From the NCBI GenBank assembly GCA_021297855.1, contig JAJTHM010000010.1, forward strand, positions 30,446 to 94,445: a DNA stretch of 64,000 nt. Direction: 5' to 3'. This DNA is from Sphingobacteriales bacterium. Its GTDB lineage: Bacteria; Bacteroidota; Bacteroidia; Chitinophagales; JADJOU01. The notes under the pieces are model-generated. The model had not been told where the DNA came from, did no database searches, and saw only the letters and a list, made by a program, of their open reading frames with translations. A program made the translations under genes and the position numbers. This document shows, piece after piece, positions 57,781 to 64,000 of this stretch (its first letter is position 1; each line of letters opens with the position of its first letter).

Positions 57781-60700
57781 ATGCCGCAAGAAGACCAGCT
57801 CGACGACTATTCATTACTCAAAACCAAACTACAAAAGTTCATCTCATCATACTACAAGCAGCGATGGATAAAAGGGTCTTTGCAAATATTGCTCGTTTTT
57901 ATATGCCTCTACCTTATATCCACCACTCTCGAATACAATCTCTATTTGAGTCCTATTATACGCAAGTTCCTTTTTTTCTTCTTTTTAATAGGCTTTTTCA
58001 CACTATTTTATTTATGGATTCTCCAGCCTTTCATACAATACTATCAGCATCGAAGTCGTCTAAATGACAAGCAGGCTGCTAAAATCATAGGCAATCATTT
58101 TCCTGAAGTAAAAGATAAATTACTTAACGTTCTCTATCTCGGGGAGATGTCTAATCGCAACACTTCGCAGGAATTAATCTATGCCTCCATCAAGCAAAAG
58201 TCGCAAGCCTTGCTTTGGGTAAAGTTCAATGAAGCGATCGATTGGACCAGGAATAGAAAATTGGCCAAGTATCTTATCTTGCCCCTTCTCATTACCCTCT
58301 TTGTGTTAGTATTTATGCCCAGCCTTTTTCGAGAAAGTACGCATCGATTAATTAATTATAACCAGATCTTTTCTCCGAAAGCACCATTCAATTTTGTACT
58401 CATAAATCAAAATTTAAAAGTACCTCAGTTCGAATCTTTAACACTCAATGCTAAATTGGAAGGTAAATCCCTTCCCGAAGGTCTTAATATTTTATATCAA
58501 GGAGTGAAGTATCCTATGATGGTAAACGAAAATAGAGTTTATGAATTTACTATTAAAAACATTGAAGAAAATACCGCTTTTCGGCTAGAATCATTAGGGT
58601 TTTTATCCGACGAATATGCTATTGACATTATCCCAAGACCTATTATCACTTCCTTCGACATAGACATTATCCCTCCGGCCTACACTGGTTTCAAGCCATT
58701 TAGACTTCACAATACAGGTGACATTCAAGCCCCGATTGGCAGCGTAGCCATCTGGAAATTTAAAACAGAAAATATTGACCAAATTAAAATAAGTCTTGGT
58801 TCAAAATTGCTTCAAGTAGAAAAGTATAGCAATGGATTTGGCGCTAAAGCGTCTTTAATTCACGCCAATAACTACAAAGTCTTTACCCATAACAAACAGT
58901 CTTTGTTGATTGATTCGCAAAGCTATAACTTATCTCTCATTTCCGATAACCACCCCATGATATCGATAACAGAGTTCAATGATAGTATAAATGAAATCAA
59001 GTATTATGCTGGCGATCTGGCAGATGACTACGGAATTTCAAATCTTTATTTTATTATTCAACATGCAGGCGAGTCTGAACGACTCCGAGTCAACATACCT
59101 CGAGGAAAAAATGCGTCTTTTCATTTTTCAACTCATAAATTGTTTGATAAATATCCAAAGGGCACTGAGCTGAATTATTATTTCGAAGTCTTTGACAACG
59201 ATCAGATAAGCGGACCTAAATCTTCCAGATCTGCATACTATTCATTAAAAAAACTCACAGCCAAAGAGCTAGAAAAAGTAGTAGATAATAACTCTATGCA
59301 GATTCAAAATAAAATAACTAAATCACTGCAAGATGCTAGACAATTCCAAAAAGACCTCGAACAGTTAAAAAAGAAAATGCTGCAAACTGAAAAATTAGAT
59401 TTTAATGATAAGAAATTGATTGAAGACCTTTTGAAGAAACAAGAAGACTTACAAAAAAAATTGGAAAATAGCAAAGAAGACATTCAAAGAAATTTTCAGA
59501 AAAAAAATGAACTCAATAAACAAGAACAAGCCCTTTTAGATCAGCAACAGCAGCTAGAAGAAATTATAGAACAAATGAAAAATCCAGAGTTAAAAGATTT
59601 ACTTCAAAAAATAAATGACTTACTCGAAGAACAAGACAAAAAAGAACTCCTTCAAAACATTAATCAGATGGATAATAAATCTGAGAAAATGGAGAAAAAT
59701 TTTGACAGACTTCTTAATCTTTACAAAAATCTTGAATATAAACAAAAACTAAATGATATGATAGACAAGCTCGACGCTATGAGCAAAGAGCAAAAAAAAC
59801 TTGCTATGGAATCTGAACAAAAAAAAGATACTAAGGAAAAACAGCAAGCGCTCAATGAGGAAATGAAAGATGCTCAAAAGAAAATGGAGGAACTAAGCAA
59901 ACTAAATAATGAAGTAAATAAAACCGATAATAAAGAAATGGATGAGGTCAAAAAAGACCTCTCCGATGCAGCCGAACAGCAGGAAGGAGCAGAAAAAGAA
60001 ATGAATGAAGGCGATAAAAATTCTAGTAGTCAAAAACAAGAAAAGGCTGCAGATAAGATGAACCAGGCAAAAGAAAAACTGGAAAAACTAAAAAAGAAAC
60101 AAAGGAAAAAACAAAATGCGGAGGATGCCCAGATGATGAGACGATTACTAGAGAATGTAATTTTTCTCTCTTTCGAACAAGAAAAGATTTTAGAAAAAAC
60201 GAAAATAACGCCAATCCAAAGTCCTAGTTTTCTCAAACTCATTCAATCACAACAAAAATTAAAAGAAGATTTCAAGTTGGTTGAAGATACTCTCTATAAA
60301 ATAGCATCTCGACAAACAAAAATTAGAAAATTCTTATTTGAAGAAGTTGATAAAATTACAAACAATACAGATTTGGCCATTAAGAGACTTGTGGATAGAA
60401 GAACTGATTTGGCCATTTCCAACGAACAATTTACTATGTCTTCATATAATAAACTTGGCTTAATGATGAGCGAATCATTAAAAAAAATGCAGGAAGAAGA
60501 GGAAGAAGAAACCCCTGGTTCAGATCAGCAATGCGATAATCCTAAGAGTGGGAAAAAGAAAAAGAAAAGTATGAGTATGGAAAAACTAGGAGAAATGCAA
60601 CAACAACTCAACGAACAAATGGAAAAGCTACAACAACAGATGAAGGAGAAAGGAGAAAAATCAGTTAAAGAAGGGAAAGCCCCCTCTGGAGAAAAACCTA

Positions 60701-61188
60701 GCGAAGATGGTCAACAAGGAAAAAACCCTAGTCAGAAGCAAGGCGATGCCAGAGAAGCAGCTGAATTCGCCAAAATAGCCGCCCAACAACAAGCTATCAG
60801 AAACCTTCTTAAGAAATTGGAAGACGAAGGCAATCAACCAGATAAATCAGGCAAAAAACCATTTGGAAATGAACTCAAAGATGCCATGGAAAAAATGAAA
60901 GAAACAGAACGAGATCTAGTAAACAAGCGACTATATGATGAAATGATGAAGAGGCAGCGTGAAATTCAGGTCAAACTACTTGAGTCTGCCAAGGCAGAAA
61001 GAGAGCAAGATGAGGAAACTAGAAGAGAAAGCGAGCGAGCAAAAAATGTGAAGCCCGATATGCCTCTAGAATTAAGACAGTATTTAGAAAACAAACGGCA
61101 AAATGAATCCCAAATACAGCGCACACCTTTGGGTTTAACTCCTTTTTTCAAAAGTCTTAGTGAAAAGTATTTCCAAATGATAAAGTAG
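57781..61188 (+). CDS. DUF4175-like membrane-anchored coiled-coil protein (1135 aa)
   Basis: Three N-terminal TM segments, Ig-like beta region (DDYGIS..YF; YYFEVFDND..SGPK), long Q/E/K-rich coiled coil. Confidence 0.75.
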   Translation: MPQEDQLDDYSLLKTKLQKFISSYYKQRWIKGSLQILLVFICLYLISTTLEYNLYLSPIIRKFLFFFFLIGFFTLFYLWILQPFIQYYQHRSRLNDKQAAKIIGNHFPEVKDKLLNVLYLGEMSNRNTSQELIYASIKQKSQALLWVKFNEAIDWTRNRKLAKYLILPLLITLFVLVFMPSLFRESTHRLINYNQIFSPKAPFNFVLINQNLKVPQFESLTLNAKLEGKSLPEGLNILYQGVKYPMMVNENRVYEFTIKNIEENTAFRLESLGFLSDEYAIDIIPRPIITSFDIDIIPPAYTGFKPFRLHNTGDIQAPIGSVAIWKFKTENIDQIKISLGSKLLQVEKYSNGFGAKASLIHANNYKVFTHNKQSLLIDSQSYNLSLISDNHPMISITEFNDSINEIKYYAGDLADDYGISNLYFIIQHAGESERLRVNIPRGKNASFHFSTHKLFDKYPKGTELNYYFEVFDNDQISGPKSSRSAYYSLKKLTAKELEKVVDNNSMQIQNKITKSLQDARQFQKDLEQLKKKMLQTEKLDFNDKKLIEDLLKKQEDLQKKLENSKEDIQRNFQKKNELNKQEQALLDQQQQLEEIIEQMKNPELKDLLQKINDLLEEQDKKELLQNINQMDNKSEKMEKNFDRLLNLYKNLEYKQKLNDMIDKLDAMSKEQKKLAMESEQKKDTKEKQQALNEEMKDAQKKMEELSKLNNEVNKTDNKEMDEVKKDLSDAAEQQEGAEKEMNEGDKNSSSQKQEKAADKMNQAKEKLEKLKKKQRKKQNAEDAQMMRRLLENVIFLSFEQEKILEKTKITPIQSPSFLKLIQSQQKLKEDFKLVEDTLYKIASRQTKIRKFLFEEVDKITNNTDLAIKRLVDRRTDLAISNEQFTMSSYNKLGLMMSESLKKMQEEEEEETPGSDQQCDNPKSGKKKKKSMSMEKLGEMQQQLNEQMEKLQQQMKEKGEKSVKEGKAPSGEKPSEDGQQGKNPSQKQGDAREAAEFAKIAAQQQAIRNLLKKLEDEGNQPDKSGKKPFGNELKDAMEKMKETERDLVNKRLYDEMMKRQREIQVKLLESAKAEREQDEETRRESERAKNVKPDMPLELRQYLENKRQNESQIQRTPLGLTPFFKSLSEKYFQMIK

Positions 61189-61197
61189 TCTTAGCCC

Positions 61198-61205
61198 TAT
61201 ATTTG
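61198..61205 (+). promoter_or_regulatory. -7 box TATATTTG
   Basis: Ends 1 nt before ATG 61207 and 7 nt before ATG 61213. Confidence 0.5.
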
Positions 61206-61206
61206 T

Positions 61207-63108
61207 ATGTATATGTATAACTCGATCAGAATTTTATACCTAGCTGTTTTTTTACTTTGCCATAGCCTCTTTTGCCATGCCCAAAAGAAAATGACCGCAG
61301 AAGAGTATATCAACAAACACTATCCTCTCGCCGTACAAGAAATGAATCTATATAAAGTGCCAGCAAGTATAACCTTAGCCCAAGGCCTAATAGAAACGGA
61401 AAGTGGCAACTCACTTTTGGCCACCAAAGCCAATAATCACTTTGGAATTAAATGTAAAACTGAATGGACAGGTGTCACATTTATCAAAGATGATGATACA
61501 AAAAACGAATGCTTTCGTTCCTATGGAACTGCTGAAGAGTCCTATCGAGACCATTCTATCTTTCTTCTCAAGCCTAGATATAGTATACTTTTTAGTTATG
61601 ATATGACCGACTATAGATCGTGGGCTTATGGACTCAAGCAGGCTGGATATGCAACCAATCCAAATTATCCAACCATGTTGATTAAGTACATCGAAGATTT
61701 TAAATTGTTTCAATTTGATAATTATGGGCTTGAGAAAGCTATAGTTTCTGCACCGAAACCCGACGAAAAACCTAAGCCTAAACTAAGCCTTGCTGAATTA
61801 ATAAAACTGAGAAGAGAACTTGCTAATAACCTAGACTTAGTTATCGTTGATGAATCGTTTGATATTTATAAACTAGCCTCAAACAAAAACCAAAGCGTAG
61901 GGTTTCTAATGGAGATCAATGATCTGGAAGGAGAACAACCTATCCGAATGGGTCAAAATTTCTTTCTTGAAAAAAAGGGGAAAATGAATCTCAAAGACAA
62001 ACACACGGTGCTCATCGGAGAAAGCCTTTATGATATTTCTCAAATGTATGGAGTAGGTCTTAAACTTCTAAGAAAATATAACAAATTAGAAACCTGGGAG
62101 CAACCCGCTGTCGGAGAAACAATATATCTAAGTAAGCTTAGGGATGACTTTATAAAAACACGTCCTTTTTATCAGGTCTATATGGAACGAATGGATAAGA
62201 ACCTTGAACTTTTTATTCCCATCAAATTACCTAAAGAAATTTCACCAAAGATTGACACACCTATCCCGGCTGAACCTAAAAATATTGCAGTCTTAGAAAT
62301 GCCAGAAGTCAAGCAAACCATACCTGCTGCGACCCAAATAGAGCCTCCAAAAATTAAGATTGACACACCCCTGACTCCTATTGTTCGTCATGTTGGTGCA
62401 CCACCTATCCAAATCGAACCAATGGATACCATCCCTTCTAAGGGCAACCAAGTTTGGATAAACCATCAAGTAAAGCCGAAAGAAACCATTTTTAAAATAT
62501 CTAAATTCTATGAGTGCAAGCCCAATGAAATTTTGAATTGGAATGGGTTAACGATTGAACAAGGTTTAAAAATAGGACAAGTCCTTCGCATCTTCACAAT
62601 ACACCCGAAAGGACTAGTTTCAGACCTTCCTCCAGTCAAAGAAGAAATAATCCCTGAGCCACCAACATTCAGTAAACTAAAAGCTACTAAAACATCCAAG
62701 TTGCCATTACCTACCACTAAGACTAGCTCGGCGCAAACTGCCCAACTTACAATAGCTGATTCCGCTAAGACGCCAATCCTAAAAATAGAAACTACTATAG
62801 ATACAAAAGCGCCAACACTTCCACCAGCGATTAAAAAAACAGAAGCACCAGTTACAACAAAACCTGCTGCAGCAAAAGTAATAAAAACAGAGCCTGCTAT
62901 CGCGCCAATTGAAACGAACAAGAAGTCGCCAAAGGAGCCTCAAAAGCCACGCATTGTCATACTTCGGGCGCCTGCCGCTGCACCCACTAAATCAAAAGAA
63001 AATAGCGTCAATACAGAAAAATCCAATATTTCCGATTTATATAAGTCTATAATGAAAGACACTGAAGCGGATACCTCAATTAAAAGAAGGATAAAAGTTT
63101 CAGAATAA
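61207..63108 (+). CDS. Glucosaminidase (GH73) peptidoglycan hydrolase with LysM domains
   Basis: VPASITLAQGLIET, NNHFGIKC and AGYATNPNY; LysM motifs HTVLIGESLYDISQMYGV and HQVKPKETIFKISKFY; Pro/Thr/Lys-rich tail. Confidence 0.9.
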   Translation: MYMYNSIRILYLAVFLLCHSLFCHAQKKMTAEEYINKHYPLAVQEMNLYKVPASITLAQGLIETESGNSLLATKANNHFGIKCKTEWTGVTFIKDDDTKNECFRSYGTAEESYRDHSIFLLKPRYSILFSYDMTDYRSWAYGLKQAGYATNPNYPTMLIKYIEDFKLFQFDNYGLEKAIVSAPKPDEKPKPKLSLAELIKLRRELANNLDLVIVDESFDIYKLASNKNQSVGFLMEINDLEGEQPIRMGQNFFLEKKGKMNLKDKHTVLIGESLYDISQMYGVGLKLLRKYNKLETWEQPAVGETIYLSKLRDDFIKTRPFYQVYMERMDKNLELFIPIKLPKEISPKIDTPIPAEPKNIAVLEMPEVKQTIPAATQIEPPKIKIDTPLTPIVRHVGAPPIQIEPMDTIPSKGNQVWINHQVKPKETIFKISKFYECKPNEILNWNGLTIEQGLKIGQVLRIFTIHPKGLVSDLPPVKEEIIPEPPTFSKLKATKTSKLPLPTTKTSSAQTAQLTIADSAKTPILKIETTIDTKAPTLPPAIKKTEAPVTTKPAAAKVIKTEPAIAPIETNKKSPKEPQKPRIVILRAPAAAPTKSKENSVNTEKSNISDLYKSIMKDTEADTSIKRRIKVSE

Positions 63109-63124
63109 TGCTTTATTAACATCC

Positions 63125-63811
63125 ATGAGTTTAAATAAACTTCAAAAGTTTGAGGCATTAAAAACCATGCCCAATGTCTATGAAAATTTTTCCTTTACAG
63201 AACCAAAATTGATTCGTAACAATCAGCTAGATAATCCGCGGGGAAAATGGAAATCACAGCACTTTGGCAATTCTAATCCCCTCGTTCTAGAATTGGCTTG
63301 CGGCAAAGGAGAATACGCAGTAGCGCTCGGAGGAATGTTCCCAAATAAAAATTTTATTGGCATTGACATTAAAGGCAATAGAATACATAATGGGGCACGG
63401 ATTGCCTTGGAGAAAAATCTGCTAAATGTTTGTTTTTTACGAACCAAAATTGAATTACTTCATGAGTTTATGGATGGCGAGGAAATAGATGAAATTTGGA
63501 TTACATTCCCAGACCCTTTCCCCAGCTTCTCAGACAGAGGCAATCGCTTAATTTCTCCTAAGTTTTTAGATTACTATAAAAAACTTTTAAATGGTAAGAA
63601 AATCACCTTTCACCTAAAAACGGATAATTTCCCCTTATTCCGATATGCCGTTGGGGTTCTAGATGGCCGAGGAGAAAGAATTCTCCGCTGTTTGGAAAAT
63701 ATCTACGGGAATGACAAAAAAATTGACGATATCCTAAAAGTTCAAACCTATTATGAACGGCTGCATGCGGGTCAAGGAAGTCAAATCCACTATGTAAAGT
63801 GGGAAATGTAA
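63125..63811 (+). CDS. trmB: tRNA (guanine-N7)-methyltransferase
   Basis: LELACGKGEY, FIGIDIKGNRI, EIWITFPDP and HLKTDN motifs. Confidence 0.95.
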   Translation: MSLNKLQKFEALKTMPNVYENFSFTEPKLIRNNQLDNPRGKWKSQHFGNSNPLVLELACGKGEYAVALGGMFPNKNFIGIDIKGNRIHNGARIALEKNLLNVCFLRTKIELLHEFMDGEEIDEIWITFPDPFPSFSDRGNRLISPKFLDYYKKLLNGKKITFHLKTDNFPLFRYAVGVLDGRGERILRCLENIYGNDKKIDDILKVQTYYERLHAGQGSQIHYVKWEM

Positions 63812-63849
63812 CGCAATTTTAGACCCATTTTAGCTGAGCTGCCTATCAG

Positions 63850-64000
63850 CTAGAGCCCTAACAACTTATCCAACAAGGGAACTAACTTTTCAGGTTGACT
63901 AGGCTTCGGCACCCGGTTGGATATAATATTGCCACTCTTGTCAATAAGTAGATAAGACGGCAAAGTCTGTATAGCATATTTGCGAGCAAAGTCCGAATTG
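63850..64000 (-). CDS. C-terminal end of a TlpA-like thiol-disulfide oxidoreductase (5' part outside window)
   Basis: My manual translation gives ...NSDFARKYAIQTLPSYLLIDKSGNIISNRVPKPSQPEKLVPLLDKLLGL*, a typical TlpA/redoxin C-terminus. Confidence 0.65.
   Translation of the reverse strand, partial: NSDFARKYAIQTLPSYLLIDKSGNIISNRVPKPSQPEKLVPLLDKLLGL

Noticed and set aside
1-64000. tRNA, rRNA, prophage, integrase or transposase genes
   Set aside because: No such motifs seen by eye; a tRNAscan/Infernal run would be needed to exclude small RNAs formally.

Overview
This is a chromosomal segment of a Bacteroidota bacterium. The evidence is TAnnTTTG -7 promoter boxes, type IX secretion (T9SS) genes and cargo, and Gln immediately after the predicted signal-peptide cleavage sites. 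It is mostly housekeeping and envelope genes (aroB/aroA/aroD, pyrH, an E2 acyltransferase, truA, nnr, tcdA, rnz, guaB, yidC, waaA, panB, lgt, mscS, trmB). It also holds three large secreted proteins (two with clear T9SS C-terminal domains), a PorP/SprF + PorE-like pair and an ECF sigma/ZAS anti-sigma pair. Two accessory spots stand out. (1) An AT-rich PtuA/PtuB (Septu-like) ATPase + HNH pair at 20687-22733 has no neighbouring reverse transcriptase. (2) An L,D-transpeptidase-family gene at 25489-26402 is cut into three pieces by two different small, hairpin-rich inserts, each bounded by 5-bp direct repeats. Removing both inserts (160 and 127 nt) rebuilds a stop-free 208-aa ORF. I saw no rRNA, tRNA, CRISPR array, transposase or phage genes.
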